Positions 52,015 through 62,608 of a stretch of 64,000 bases of DNA are shown in pieces. Numbering within the stretch: position 1 is the stretch's first letter; each line of letters begins with the position of its first letter. The notes under the pieces were generated by a model. It made no database searches. It had not been told where the DNA came from and saw only the letters and a list, made by a program, of their open reading frames with translations. A program made the position numbers and the translations under genes. The DNA comes from an uncultured Gammaproteobacteria bacterium (lineage in GTDB: Bacteria; Pseudomonadota; Gammaproteobacteria; JACCXJ01): assembly GCA_963764725.1 (NCBI GenBank), contig CAVXTM010000011.1:256001-320000 (forward strand). Direction: 5' to 3'.

Positions 52015-53145
52015 TTAACGGGCGGGTTTTGGTTTCGGCACCTCGGTTCCCTGTCCGAGTGGTACAGCGCTCCCGCGATCTGGATCTCCCCGCACGACGG
52101 CCGCGGAGTACGCCTGCGACAGGAAGAGCCGTGGTTCGCCACCGCCGTCCGCCGGCACCACCCACTGGTCCATGATGGCTGGGCGCTCCGCTCCGCCGGG
52201 CAGGGCGTAGAGCACCTGTTCGTCATCGAGCCACTGCACCTGGTCGTCCACGCTCCGGGTTTCGGCGAGCGGGTGCCGCCGCCGGGAATCGAGGTCCAGT
52301 ACCCACAGCCGCCAGGTGATCGGACCGATGAGGCCGCCGTCGCGGTGCTTGAATGCGACGCGCCGGCCGTCGGGCGACAGCGACGGGCATTCGACGCTGT
52401 CTTCGATTACCTCGACGGTGCGCGCGTCGACGTCGCCGGTCACCAGCAAGGTCTCGCCGCCCGTGCCGAGTGTCGCGTAGAACCTGCGGGCGCCGGGAAT
52501 AAAGGTCACGCCCCAGAAGTTGAAGTCCGCCGCGTGCATCGGCTGATCTTGGCGACGGACGGTGAATGTCTCCAAGTCCTCCACCAGCCACTGTCGGGTG
52601 TCGAGGTCGATGATCGAGGTCCGGGTCGAGAATCCGACCGTCGCGTAGGAATGCCCGGTGACGAAGACGGTGGTGGCGGCCAGCGTCCCATCCGGCGCCA
52701 ACTGCAGGCGGCTGGGCGCACCGACCAGGCGTAGTTTGGCCACCGGATTGAAGGTCCGATCGAACAGCACGGCCCCATAGGTCGTGAAGACGCCACGGTC
52801 TGCCGTGAGGCACACGCCCCGGCCGGCGGCCATGTGTACGCGCTCGCAGCGCAGCCTCGCCACGAACCGTGGCGCCGCCGGATCGGACAGCGGCGCGATG
52901 CCGAGCACGCCGTTGTGCTCATCGATCGAGGTGTGCCTGAACACCAGGAGCGGCCCGGCTGGTGAGGACTCGCCGGGCGAGAGGAAGGGCGTCGGGTCGG
53001 AGACGGGCGTTTGCCGAGACCCGGGAAACGGCTGCGGGCCGAGAGCAGCCGGCGACGCTCGTTGCGCGGCGCAGCGGACATAAGCCCCGGCGCCTCCCAG
53101 GCAGAACGCCACGATCACGGCAAAAAGCAACGCTCGGCGCGACAT
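52015..53145 (-). CDS. TolB-like beta-propeller exported protein
   Basis: Signal/anchor sequence, CERV, DFNFWGVTF, VECPSLSPDG, ETRSVDDQ. Confidence 0.8.
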   Translation of the reverse strand: MSRRALLFAVIVAFCLGGAGAYVRCAAQRASPAALGPQPFPGSRQTPVSDPTPFLSPGESSPAGPLLVFRHTSIDEHNGVLGIAPLSDPAAPRFVARLRCERVHMAAGRGVCLTADRGVFTTYGAVLFDRTFNPVAKLRLVGAPSRLQLAPDGTLAATTVFVTGHSYATVGFSTRTSIIDLDTRQWLVEDLETFTVRRQDQPMHAADFNFWGVTFIPGARRFYATLGTGGETLLVTGDVDARTVEVIEDSVECPSLSPDGRRVAFKHRDGGLIGPITWRLWVLDLDSRRRHPLAETRSVDDQVQWLDDEQVLYALPGGAERPAIMDQWVVPADGGGEPRLFLSQAYSAAVVRGDPDRGSAVPLGQGTEVPKPKPAR

Positions 53146-53149
53146 GCGA

Positions 53150-54427
53150 TCACGCCGCGGTGGCCGGCGTCCAGGGACGCGCCACGCGCAGGAGGACGGC
53201 CGCGAGCACCGCGGTGCAGAGAAGGCCCAGGCCGAAGACGACGAGCGCCTCCGTGGGACCGCGCCAGCTCCAAAGGGCGCCGAAGAGAGACGACGCCAGG
53301 AGGCGCGACAACGCCGTGGTGGTGCCGACGATCGCCAGCCCCGTGGTCAGGTGGTCCTCCGGCAATACGCTAGCGGCGAGCGCCGCTAGCACCCCGTCTG
53401 TGGCCGCGTAGTAGGCCCCGAGGAGTGCCACGCAGGCCACGATGCCCGCGGCGGAGAGATCGGCGGCGATCAACAGGCCGTAGAGGCAGAGCACCAGACC
53501 CTGCCCGGCGAGGAACACCCGGTGCCGCCCCCACCGGTCCGCCAGGCGTCCGGCGGGCAGCGCCAGGATCAGATACACGGTCGCGGTCCCCACGAACAGC
53601 AATGGAAAGAGCGTGGGCGGCACTGCGCCGCGTCCCTGCAACAACAGGTAAATCAGCGCGTCGCTCGCGGTCACAAGCCCCAGGAGTCCCCCCGCGACGA
53701 CGAGCGTAAGGAAGCGGCGGCTCGCCAGGACGGCGGCCAGACGCGCTCGCGCCGACGCGCCGGAGCCCGCGCGCTCGGGCCGATCGCGACGATTCTCCAC
53801 GAACAGGCCGAACACCGCGAGACCCACCAGCGCCACCGCGAGGCTCACGACGAAGACCGCGTCATAGGCCCCCGGCGCCGCGGCCAGGACCGCGAATGCG
53901 ACGATCGGCCCCAGCGCCGCCCCGGCGGTGTCCATAGTGCGGTGCAGACCGAATGCCGCACCGAGGCGGGACGGTTCGCTGCTCTGCGCGATCAACGCGT
54001 CGCGCGGTGCGGTGCGGATGCCTTTGCCCAGACGGTCGATCATTAGCAGCGCGGCGATCGCTGCCCAGACCGAGCCCACGAGCAGGAGGCCGAGCTTGCA
54101 GATCGCTGACAGCGCGTAGCCGACAAACGCGACCGGCTTGTATCCGCGCCCGGCGTCGGCGACCAGCCCCCCGGCCACGCGTACCAGTGCACTGGCACCC
54201 TGGTAGAGTCCATCGAGCAACCCGAACTGCAATGGGGTCATTCGCAGCTCGAGCACGAGGTACAGCGGCAAAACCGCAGTCAGCGCTTCCGAGGAGATGT
54301 CGGTGAAGAAGCTGGTGAGGCCGAGAACCACGACGTTGCGAGGGGCGGCGCCCCGGTACCGAAGGCTGGCCGCCACCACCGGCCCGATGACATCGGGCAC
54401 TCGTCGGTCTCGAATGGACGGATACAC
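53150..54427 (-). CDS. MFS transporter
   Basis: TDISSE, DRLGKGIRTAPRDALIA, HRTMDTAGA, GRLADRWGR. Confidence 0.92.
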   Translation of the reverse strand: MYPSIRDRRVPDVIGPVVAASLRYRGAAPRNVVVLGLTSFFTDISSEALTAVLPLYLVLELRMTPLQFGLLDGLYQGASALVRVAGGLVADAGRGYKPVAFVGYALSAICKLGLLLVGSVWAAIAALLMIDRLGKGIRTAPRDALIAQSSEPSRLGAAFGLHRTMDTAGAALGPIVAFAVLAAAPGAYDAVFVVSLAVALVGLAVFGLFVENRRDRPERAGSGASARARLAAVLASRRFLTLVVAGGLLGLVTASDALIYLLLQGRGAVPPTLFPLLFVGTATVYLILALPAGRLADRWGRHRVFLAGQGLVLCLYGLLIAADLSAAGIVACVALLGAYYAATDGVLAALAASVLPEDHLTTGLAIVGTTTALSRLLASSLFGALWSWRGPTEALVVFGLGLLCTAVLAAVLLRVARPWTPATAA

Positions 54428-54751
54428 AGGCCCGATGGCTCAGCCGCTCAAGTCTTCCGGCATCGGCTCGCCGAGAAAGGTCTCACGCAGGGCGTACCAG
54501 AATCGAAATCGGTGTATTCGGTCGTCGTCCCGTCCGGGTTGTCGATCACCTCGCGACGGTGCATATTCATCTCATTCATCACGGCCTCCCTCAAACGCCT
54601 TGGGCGGTCAGAGTTCCAGGCATCATCTGTGCCCACGCTGGCGTATCGGGCCGGAATCGGTCGCGTTATGGCGTCTTAATGGCGTGCAGGACCAGGGGGG
54701 ATTGTCGGCTTGGGGAGATGAACCGGACGGAAAGGGTATCCATCCTCGGCA

Positions 54752-54840
54752 CCCGAGCGCAAGATCTGGGTCGGTGTCGGCCAAGGTGGTCATGCACTGC
54801 GCTTCAATGAGATAGCCCTTGCGCGTCAATAACCGCATGA
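54752..54840 (-). mobile_element. Fragment of an IS91-family (Y2) transposase
   Basis: Translates MRLLTRKGYLIEAQCMTTLADTDPDLALG, resembling the segment preceding the YRIA motif of IS91/ISCR transposases (recognised from memory). Confidence 0.6.
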
Positions 54841-54914
54841 CGCAAACGCGCCGCGCGTCGCGGCTCCGGGCGAGGGGCCGAACCCCGAGGCGTAAGCTGT
54901 TGTCTTCCGCCAAC
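54841..54914 (+). repeat. Direct repeat copy 2 (duplicate of the pssA 3' end)
   Basis: Near-identical to 50497-50569, with a few substitutions and one indel. Confidence 0.95.
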
Positions 54915-54934
54915 CCGGCAGGTATAGTCGCCTC

Positions 54935-55036
54935 ATGCCGTATACCGTCACCGATAGGTACGTGTTCGCCGTTTGCAAGACGGCGCCGATCGCGCTGCCG
55001 CCGCCCCGGCTGCCCTCCCCGCTGCTGCCCGGCTAG
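54935..55036 (+). CDS. Putative leuA leader peptide (33 aa)
   Basis: MPYTVTDRYVFAVCKTAPIALPPPRLPSPLLPG*; TATAGT 6 nt before the ATG; hairpins CTGCCC/GGGCAG and GGTGTC/GACACC follow. Confidence 0.45.
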   Translation: MPYTVTDRYVFAVCKTAPIALPPPRLPSPLLPG

Positions 55037-55142
55037 GGCAGAACGATCGAAACTAAAATTCCCGTGACAGCCGGTGTCCTTTAAAGACACCAGAACGGTA
55101 TGCTTTTAGACGACTCGCGCCCATCCGGGCGGGAGGATAGGC

Positions 55143-56690
55143 ATGAAAGACAAGTTGATCATTTTCGATACGACCTTGCGCGACGGCGAGCAAAGCCCCG
55201 GCGCCTCGATGACCAAGGACGAGAAGGTTCGCATCGCCAAAGCCCTGGAGCGGATGCGCGTCGATGTCATCGAGGCGGGCTTCCCGATCGCGAGCCCAGG
55301 CGATTTCGAGGCCGTGCATGCGGTGGCGGCGGCGGTCAAGGAAAGTACCGTCTGCGCGCTGGCGCGGGCGCTGGAGCGCGATATCGACACCGCCGCCGCG
55401 GCGCTCAAAGGCGCGCGCTCGGCGCGTATCCATACGTTTATCGCTACCTCGCCCATTCATATGCGCAGCAAACTCAAGATGTCATCCGAACAAGTCATCG
55501 AGCATGCGGTCAAGGCGGTGAAACGGGCGCGCAGCCATGTCGAGGATGTCGAGTTCTCGCCCGAGGATGCGGGGCGCTCCGATTTCGAATTTCTGTGCCG
55601 CGTGCTCGAAGCCGTGATCGAGGCCGGCGCAAGGACGGTCAATATCCCGGATACTGTCGGATACAGTCTTCCCGGCCAGTTCGGAGCGCTTATCAAGGAT
55701 CTGATCGAACGCGTGCCGAACAGCGACAAGGCGGTGTTTTCCGTGCACTGCCATAACGACTTGGGAATGGCGGTCGGAAACTCCTTATCCGCGGTGCTCA
55801 ACGGTGCGCGCCAAGTCGAATGCACGATTAACGGTCTCGGCGAGCGCGCCGGCAATGCGGCGCTGGAAGAGATCGCCATGGCGGTGCGCACCCGTCGCGA
55901 CCAGTTTTCCTGTGAAGTGAGGATCGACACCACGCAGATCCTGCATTGCTCGAGGCTGGTATCCAACATCACCGGCTTTCCGGTGCAACCGAACAAGGCC
56001 ATCGTCGGGGCGAACGCGTTTGCCCACGAATCCGGCATTCATCAAGATGGCGTGCTCAAGAGCCGGGAGACCTACGAGATTATGCGCGCCGAAGATGTCG
56101 GTTGGCACGCCAACCGGATGGTGCTAGGCAAACATTCGGGCCGCAATGCGTTTCGTACCCGCTTGCGCGAGATTGGGGTGGATTTTACCCGCGAAGAGGA
56201 CCTCAACGAGGCATTCATGCGCTTCAAGGAGTTGGCGGACAAGAAGCATGAGATCTATGACGAAGATCTGCAGGCGCTGGTCACCGAGACCCATGTCTCA
56301 AGTGGCGTCGAAGCCGTTAAGCTGGTCTCGCTTAAGGTCTGCTCCGAGACCGGAGAGACCCCAAAAGCGCAGATCACCTTGCAGTGGAACGGCAATGAGC
56401 AACAGCGGATCGCCGATGGCAGCGGGCCGGTGGATGCCGCCTTTAAAGCCATCGAAGGCATTATCGAAAGCGGTTGCAACCTGCAATTGTTCTCCGTCAA
56501 TAACATCACCACCGGCTCCGATGCACAAGGGGAGGTGACGGTGCGTTTGGAGCGCGCCGGGCGGATCGTAAACGGTCAGGGCGCGGATACCGATATCATC
56601 ATTGCCTCGGCCAAAGCCTATATCAACGCCCTGAACAAGGTACTGTCCTCCCCCGAACGGCACCACCCGCAAACATCGAGTCAGGTGTAA
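55143..56690 (+). CDS. leuA: 2-isopropylmalate synthase
   Basis: [30 protein letters not shown]. Confidence 0.97.
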   Translation: MKDKLIIFDTTLRDGEQSPGASMTKDEKVRIAKALERMRVDVIEAGFPIASPGDFEAVHAVAAAVKESTVCALARALERDIDTAAAALKGARSARIHTFIATSPIHMRSKLKMSSEQVIEHAVKAVKRARSHVEDVEFSPEDAGRSDFEFLCRVLEAVIEAGARTVNIPDTVGYSLPGQFGALIKDLIERVPNSDKAVFSVHCHNDLGMAVGNSLSAVLNGARQVECTINGLGERAGNAALEEIAMAVRTRRDQFSCEVRIDTTQILHCSRLVSNITGFPVQPNKAIVGANAFAHESGIHQDGVLKSRETYEIMRAEDVGWHANRMVLGKHSGRNAFRTRLREIGVDFTREEDLNEAFMRFKELADKKHEIYDEDLQALVTETHVSSGVEAVKLVSLKVCSETGETPKAQITLQWNGNEQQRIADGSGPVDAAFKAIEGIIESGCNLQLFSVNNITTGSDAQGEVTVRLERAGRIVNGQGADTDIIIASAKAYINALNKVLSSPERHHPQTSSQV

Positions 56691-56703
56691 CGAGCCGCTA
56701 ACA

Positions 56704-57402
56704 ATGGTAACCCGAGCACGCTATCTCCAGGCGATGGGGATCGACGTCTGGCGGCGCCGCGCCGCGGTGCGTGAGCATCAAGCCGCGGCGCCGATAGCGG
56801 ACGGTAACGCCGTCCCCGCGATCACACGAATGATCTGGGAGGAGTTGCGACGCTCGGTGGCCGAGTGCACGCGCTGCGAGCTGCACCGCGGGCGTACGCA
56901 AACGGTCTTTGGCGTCGGCGATCCGCACGCGGAGTGGCTCATCATCGGCGAGGCGCCGGGGGCCGAAGAGGACCGTCAGGGCGAGCCGTTCGTCGGCCGG
57001 GCGGGGCAATTGCTCACCGCCATGTTGTTTGCTGTTGGTCTCAAACGCGAACAGGTCTTCATCGCCAATATCTTGAAATGCCGGCCACCGAATAATCGCG
57101 ATCCGCGGCCTGAAGAGATTAACTGCTGTACACCCTTCCTGGAACGCCAAATCGCGCTCGTGGCACCGAGAATCATCCTCGCCGTCGGCCGGATCGCGGG
57201 TCAAAATCTGCTGAATACCAGCACCTCGATCGGCAAACTGCGCGGTCAGGCTTTCGCGTACGGGGATCGCCGCATCCCGTTGGTCGTTACCTATCATCCG
57301 GCATATCTGCTGCGCTCCCCGCGTGAAAAACGCAAGGTCTGGCAAGACCTATTATTCGCGAAGCGCCTGTATCGGGAATCGATGCGGGAGGTGCCCGCAT
57401 GA
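56704..57402 (+). CDS. Uracil-DNA glycosylase family 4
   Basis: CTRCEL Fe-S cysteines, [23 protein letters not shown]. Confidence 0.94.
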   Translation: MVTRARYLQAMGIDVWRRRAAVREHQAAAPIADGNAVPAITRMIWEELRRSVAECTRCELHRGRTQTVFGVGDPHAEWLIIGEAPGAEEDRQGEPFVGRAGQLLTAMLFAVGLKREQVFIANILKCRPPNNRDPRPEEINCCTPFLERQIALVAPRIILAVGRIAGQNLLNTSTSIGKLRGQAFAYGDRRIPLVVTYHPAYLLRSPREKRKVWQDLLFAKRLYRESMREVPA

Positions 57403-57881
57403 GCGCGTTGCTCAAGCCCATGACAGTCACCTTGCGGCCCATGCTCGAACGCGATGTGCCGGAAGTGATCGAGATCGAACGGCAGGCCTACGACTTCCCT
57501 TGGAGCAAGGGCGTGATGCTCGACTGCATTCGCTGTGGTTACATCTCCTGGGTGCTGGAACACGAAGGGCTCATCGGCGCCTATAGTTTCATGACCGTGG
57601 CGGCTGGTGAGGCGCATCTGTTGAACCTTTGTGTCAAACCGCGCTGGCAGGGTAGGCGATTCGGGCGCACGCTTCTGGAGCACGTGGTCGAGGACGCGCG
57701 CGCGCGCGGCGCGGAGACGATGTTACTGGAGGTTCGGCCCTCGAACGGGCCGGCGCGACAGCTTTACGCGCGCGCCGGCTTCAAGGAGATCGGCCAGCGG
57801 CCGGATTACTATCCGGCCCATGAGGGCAGAGAAGAGGCGTTGATGTTAGCACTGCCACTTCTCACCCGCGCGTTTCGTTAG
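57399..57881 (+). CDS. rimI: Ribosomal protein S18 alanine N-acetyltransferase
   Basis: FPWS, EAHLLN, LEVRPSN, YY..EEA. Confidence 0.93.
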   Translation: MSALLKPMTVTLRPMLERDVPEVIEIERQAYDFPWSKGVMLDCIRCGYISWVLEHEGLIGAYSFMTVAAGEAHLLNLCVKPRWQGRRFGRTLLEHVVEDARARGAETMLLEVRPSNGPARQLYARAGFKEIGQRPDYYPAHEGREEALMLALPLLTRAFR

Positions 57882-57894
57882 GGAAGCTCTTGGG

Positions 57895-58998
57895 TCACTT
57901 GTTCAGTTCGGTACGCAATAGGCGCAGGATGCGCGCGGCGGTCGCGCTGTTATCCCAATTCCCGTCCGGGTCCAATACGATGACCTCGGTGTTATTGCCG
58001 ACGTCGGTGAGATGGATCTCAAACTCATCGTCGTCATCGTCACGCCAGAAGGCTAGGCTCGATAAAAAGCCCTTGTCCGGTTTCGGGGCCTCGGTGTCGG
58101 AGAAGCGGAGGTAGTAGCTGCCGCGCGATCGGTCTTCATCTTCCACCTTGGCCCCGATCTGTCCCAGTGCGAACCCGGTATTGCGCCACACCTTCGCGAA
58201 GTCGTTGGACACCCGCAGATAAGCTTTTCCTTCGCCCGCGTTCAATAGATCGGCGCGGGTGGGCTCCCCGGACGGCGCGGCCGGCCCGGATGATAATTTC
58301 GGCTTGGGGCCGGGTGGAGGCTGTCGGCCTTCCGCGGTGGGTTCGACGGATTGGCCGCTCAGCACTTTCTTCAGGCGCGCCGCCATGCGTTCCTCGAGCC
58401 CCGCATCCCGGGGGCGCTCCCGCCACTCGAGACCGTCTCCGATCGGCGTGAGCGCCTCGCCGACATGGGAGAGGTAGAGCACGGTCGTGCCGCTTTCCTC
58501 GCCGGCCTCAACGAACACCTTGAAGCGATCGCGCTCTTGCTTGGCGCGGTTTTCAACCCACCCGGTTTCCAAGACCCCGAGATCTTCATCATCGACATCC
58601 AAGGCATAGCCGCGGTCTTTCAAAAAGGGCCGCAGCTCGGTCCACACCACGGCAGGTTCGGCGTCGATGATGAGCAGCGTCTCATCCGCCAACACCCCAA
58701 GCTTGGCCGCGCTAGGACTCTCCGCCGATCCGGCTTCCCGCTGTTTTTTTCGTTGGGCAATGCGCTCTTGATAGGTTGAATAGCGTGCCGTTCCGCTCGC
58801 GTCTACATCCGGTACCGCCAGAGTGTCGCGGATGGAATCGGTGGTGAGATCCGGGGGCACTTCCAGGTCGGGGAGCGATTGACTCTTTTGATACTCCTTC
58901 TGCTTGTCGAGGGTGACTTCATCGAACGTCGGAAACCACGCGCATCCGGCGATCACAAGCACACCCGCGACCAAGCCCGTTGACCGTATTCGCAACAC
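57895..58998 (-). CDS. bamC: Outer membrane assembly lipoprotein BamC/NlpB
   Basis: IAGC lipobox, LEVPPDL; directly downstream of dapA. Confidence 0.88.
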   Translation of the reverse strand: MLRIRSTGLVAGVLVIAGCAWFPTFDEVTLDKQKEYQKSQSLPDLEVPPDLTTDSIRDTLAVPDVDASGTARYSTYQERIAQRKKQREAGSAESPSAAKLGVLADETLLIIDAEPAVVWTELRPFLKDRGYALDVDDEDLGVLETGWVENRAKQERDRFKVFVEAGEESGTTVLYLSHVGEALTPIGDGLEWRERPRDAGLEERMAARLKKVLSGQSVEPTAEGRQPPPGPKPKLSSGPAAPSGEPTRADLLNAGEGKAYLRVSNDFAKVWRNTGFALGQIGAKVEDEDRSRGSYYLRFSDTEAPKPDKGFLSSLAFWRDDDDDEFEIHLTDVGNNTEVIVLDPDGNWDNSATAARILRLLRTELNK

Positions 58999-59053
58999 CT
59001 CAATTCACCTCATCCATTGCTTGACCGCGGAAGTCGTCGGCGCGCCGCCGCAG

Positions 59054-59956
59054 TCACGAAGATGCCGCGTTAGCGAGCCCCGCTTGTGCCATCGCCACCC
59101 TCACTTGGCCGTGGTACGCCTCGGCGAGCCAGGTCAAGGGCAGGCGAATGCCCTTCTTGACGAAACCCATTTGGTTTAGGGCCCATTTCGCTGGTATCGG
59201 GTTAGACTCCGAAAACAATTCCCGGTGCAGCCCCTCGAGCGTCGCGTTGAGTGTCTCCGCTCCCGCCCGATCGCCCGCCAAAGCCCGTGCGCACAGGAGG
59301 TGCATGGATCGCGGGGCCACGTTGGCGGTTACCGAAATCACGCCTTGCCCGCCGCGCACGATAAACTCCATCGCCGTCGCATCATCACCGCTCACGATCA
59401 TGAAGCCGTCCCCGCAATGCTCGCGCAACGACGCCACTCGGTCCAGATCGGCGGTCGCTTCCTTGATACCGATAATGTTGCGGATCCGGGACAGGCGGCC
59501 GGCGGTCGCGGGCACCAAGTCGCACGCGGTACGTCCCGGCACGTTATAAAGAATTTGCGGGATCGCAACGGCCTCGGCCACGGCCTTGTGGTGCAGGAAA
59601 AGCCCTTCCTGCGTCGGCTTATTGTAGTAGGGGGTGACCAGCAGGCAGGCATCGGCCCCCGCTTCGCGCGCGAACGCGGTCAGCCGAACGGCCTCGGTGG
59701 TCGAATTGGCGCCTGTTCCGGCGATCACCGGAATGCGCTTGTTGGCCTGTCGCACGACCTGGCGAATCACCTCGCAATGCTCCTTCTCGTCGAGCGTGGC
59801 CGACTCACCGGTCGTGCCGACAGCGACGATCGCATCGCTGCCCTCGGCGATATGAAACTCCACGAACTCCCGTAAAGCCTTCCAATCGATGGGCACATCG
59901 GGACTGATCCCAGTCTCCATCGGCGTTACTATCGCCACCATACTGCCTCGAAACAT
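59054..59956 (-). CDS. dapA: 4-hydroxy-tetrahydrodipicolinate synthase
   Basis: GTTGES, PYYNKP, YNVPGRT, IKEA. Confidence 0.98.
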   Translation of the reverse strand: MFRGSMVAIVTPMETGISPDVPIDWKALREFVEFHIAEGSDAIVAVGTTGESATLDEKEHCEVIRQVVRQANKRIPVIAGTGANSTTEAVRLTAFAREAGADACLLVTPYYNKPTQEGLFLHHKAVAEAVAIPQILYNVPGRTACDLVPATAGRLSRIRNIIGIKEATADLDRVASLREHCGDGFMIVSGDDATAMEFIVRGGQGVISVTANVAPRSMHLLCARALAGDRAGAETLNATLEGLHRELFSESNPIPAKWALNQMGFVKKGIRLPLTWLAEAYHGQVRVAMAQAGLANAASS

Positions 59957-60122
59957 GAAACGAATGCCTTCCCCCTTTTAGGTGCCGGCCATAGTACGTT
60001 CCAATGACTACCTTGACAAGAATGGTCCAATTTCTTTGGACGGCTCGAACCGCCCTTGCCGGGGCATGGGTTTTCAATGCACAATCTCGGCTATACTTCC
60101 GGGATCTGCCAAACCCTTACCG

Positions 60123-60662
60123 ATGATCACCGTGGTACAGAATCATCTCGTCATCTCCGCGATCGGGAGCAACCGTTCGGGGCTGGTTCACCAATTTTCC
60201 AAGGCGGTTAAGGACTGTGGTTGTAACATCCTGGATAGCCGGATGACCGTTCTGGGCGGCGAGTTCGCGATGGTTTTATTGCTTGCCGGAACGTGGGACG
60301 CGGTGGCGAAAATCGAGAGCATGGTGCCTCGGCTCGCAGACAGCTTGGGGCTCACGATCAGCTCCAAGCGTACCGACGCGCGTAAAAAGCTGGGCAATAT
60401 GATGCCCTATGCCGTGGAGGTGGTATCGATCGATCATCCCGGCATCGTGCATGATATCGCCCAGTTTTTTTCCACCCGCGATATCAATATCGAAGAAATG
60501 TATACCGGAAGCTATTCCGCGGCGCACACCGGCACACCGATGTTCTCCCTCCACGTCACCATCAGTGTGCCGACGAATACCTCCATCGCGGCCTTACGCG
60601 GCGAATTCATGGACTTTTGCGATCAACTCAACCTCGATGCCGTGATGGAGCCGGTTAAATGA
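60123..60662 (+). CDS. gcvR: Glycine cleavage regulator GcvR (tandem ACT domains)
   Basis: LVISAIG..CNILDSRM..DHPGIV; between dapA and bcp. Confidence 0.9.
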   Translation: MITVVQNHLVISAIGSNRSGLVHQFSKAVKDCGCNILDSRMTVLGGEFAMVLLLAGTWDAVAKIESMVPRLADSLGLTISSKRTDARKKLGNMMPYAVEVVSIDHPGIVHDIAQFFSTRDINIEEMYTGSYSAAHTGTPMFSLHVTISVPTNTSIAALRGEFMDFCDQLNLDAVMEPVK

Positions 60663-61144
60663 GCGCCGCCATGCCGAGCATTCGTGTCGGGGATCCCGTG
60701 CCCGATTTCTATCTGCCCTTGACCGGCGGCCGGCGGCTCCGCCTGTCAGATCTAAGGCATAAGAAGGTGGTCTTGTATTTTTATCCCAAGGACCATACGC
60801 CAGGCTGTACGCAAGAGAGTCAGGACTTTCGAGATCTCGCCAAGGAGTTCGAGAAGTATGCGGCGATCATCATCGGGGTTTCGCGCGATAGTCTCGGTTC
60901 GCACGAACGCTTCAAGGAGGCGCAATGCCTGCCCTTCGACCTCCTCTCCGACGCCGATGAGACCATGTGCCAGGCGTACGGGGTCATGAAGGAAAAGAAC
61001 ATGTACGGCAAGAAGGTATTCGGCATCGAAAGGAGCACCTTCTTGGTCGATGGCGAGGGCGTGTTGCGCCGCGAATGGCGCAAGGTCAAGGTTGCCGGAC
61101 ACGCCGCCGAGGTTCTCGAGGCGCTAAAAACGCTCACCCCCTGA
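60659..61144 (+). CDS. bcp: Peroxiredoxin Bcp
   Basis: YFYPKDHTPGCT, RSTFLVD. Confidence 0.93.
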   Translation: MSAAMPSIRVGDPVPDFYLPLTGGRRLRLSDLRHKKVVLYFYPKDHTPGCTQESQDFRDLAKEFEKYAAIIIGVSRDSLGSHERFKEAQCLPFDLLSDADETMCQAYGVMKEKNMYGKKVFGIERSTFLVDGEGVLRREWRKVKVAGHAAEVLEALKTLTP

Positions 61145-61159
61145 ACAATCGCCGCGGGC

Positions 61160-62569
61160 TTGATGGTCACCGATTCTAAGCCCCGCCTGTTCGTGCTCGA
61201 CACCAACGTGTTGATGCACGATCCCACCGCCATGTTCCGTTTCGATGAGCATGATGTTTACTTGCCGATGGTCGTGCTCGAAGAGCTCGACGCCGCTAAG
61301 AAGGGGGTTTCGGAGGTCGCCCGCAACGCGCGTCAGGTGAGCCGTATGCTCGACGATTTGATTGGTCCCGCCGACCGAGACCAGATCGAGCGCGGCCTGG
61401 CGCTGCCGCAGCCGAATCACAAATCCATGCTCTCCTCGCTACGGGGCCGCTTGTTCTTGCAAACCCACACCCTGCCGCAGGATTTACCGATGCCGGTGCC
61501 CGGTATTAAGGCGAATCATTTTATCCTCGCCGCCGCGATCGAGTTGCAAAAAATGCATGCGCAGCGTACGGTGGTTCTGGTCTCGAAGGACATCAACCTT
61601 CGGATCAAGGCCCGCATGCTCGGCGTGCATGCCGAAGAATATCACAGCGATCAGGTGATCGACGATGTCGATCTCCTCTACACGGGTGTGGTCGACTTAC
61701 CCGCCGATTTTTGGGACCAGCACGGCAAGGATATATCTTGTTGGCAGGAGAACGGACGCACGCGCTATACCGTGCGCGGTCCGCTCGCCGGGCAGTGCTT
61801 TCCGAATCAGTTCGTGTGCCATCAAAATCATGGCAACCTCGAGGCTATCGTCCGGCGCATCGAAGGTCACGAAGCGGTGATCGAGCAAGTCATCGATTAC
61901 CGGGTGACGCGCAACGCGGTCTGGGGAATCACCGCCCGCAACCGCGAGCAGAACTTCGCCTTGAACCTGTTGCTGGATCCCAGCGTGGACTTCGTGACCC
62001 TGCTCGGTACGGCGGGTACGGGCAAGACCTTGCTTGCACTCGCCGCGGGCCTAGCCCAGACCATGGAAACCCATGGCTACCGGGAGATCGTCATGACTCG
62101 CGTCACGGTGCCGGTTGGTGAGGACATCGGCTTTCTGCCCGGCACCGAAGAGGAAAAAATGACACCTTGGATGGGCGCGCTCATGGACAATCTCGAAGTG
62201 CTCACCCAAACCGAATCGGGAGGCGAGTGGGGCCGGGCCGCGACCCATGATCTGATTCAGAAACGCATCAAGATCCGGTCGTTAAACTTCATGCGCGGCC
62301 GCACCTTTCTCAACCGCTACGTCATTATCGACGAAGCCCAAAACCTGACCCCGAAGCAAATGAAGACCTTGATCACGCGCGCGGGGCCCGGCACCAAGAT
62401 GGTGTGCCTGGGCAATATCGGTCAAATCGATACACCCTATCTCAGCGAGACCACCTCCGGCCTCACCTATGTCGTGGACCGCTTCAAGGGCTGGCCTCAC
62501 GGTGGCCATGTGATCCTGGTCCGAGGCGAGCGCTCGCGCCTCGCGGACTTCGCGGCTGAGGCCTTATAG
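61160..62569 (+). CDS. PIN-PhoH family protein
   Basis: VLDTNV PIN motif, GTAGTGKT, MRGRT, DEAQN. Confidence 0.93.
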   Translation: MMVTDSKPRLFVLDTNVLMHDPTAMFRFDEHDVYLPMVVLEELDAAKKGVSEVARNARQVSRMLDDLIGPADRDQIERGLALPQPNHKSMLSSLRGRLFLQTHTLPQDLPMPVPGIKANHFILAAAIELQKMHAQRTVVLVSKDINLRIKARMLGVHAEEYHSDQVIDDVDLLYTGVVDLPADFWDQHGKDISCWQENGRTRYTVRGPLAGQCFPNQFVCHQNHGNLEAIVRRIEGHEAVIEQVIDYRVTRNAVWGITARNREQNFALNLLLDPSVDFVTLLGTAGTGKTLLALAAGLAQTMETHGYREIVMTRVTVPVGEDIGFLPGTEEEKMTPWMGALMDNLEVLTQTESGGEWGRAATHDLIQKRIKIRSLNFMRGRTFLNRYVIIDEAQNLTPKQMKTLITRAGPGTKMVCLGNIGQIDTPYLSETTSGLTYVVDRFKGWPHGGHVILVRGERSRLADFAAEAL

Positions 62570-62608
62570 AACCCCACTTAAACGGTGCGGGGAAATTAGG
62601 GGACTGAC

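Noticed and set aside
54448-54636. 62-aa ORF (..REVIDNPDGTTTEYTDFDSG..)
   Set aside because: Probably a gene fragment in the decayed islet; family not recognisable.
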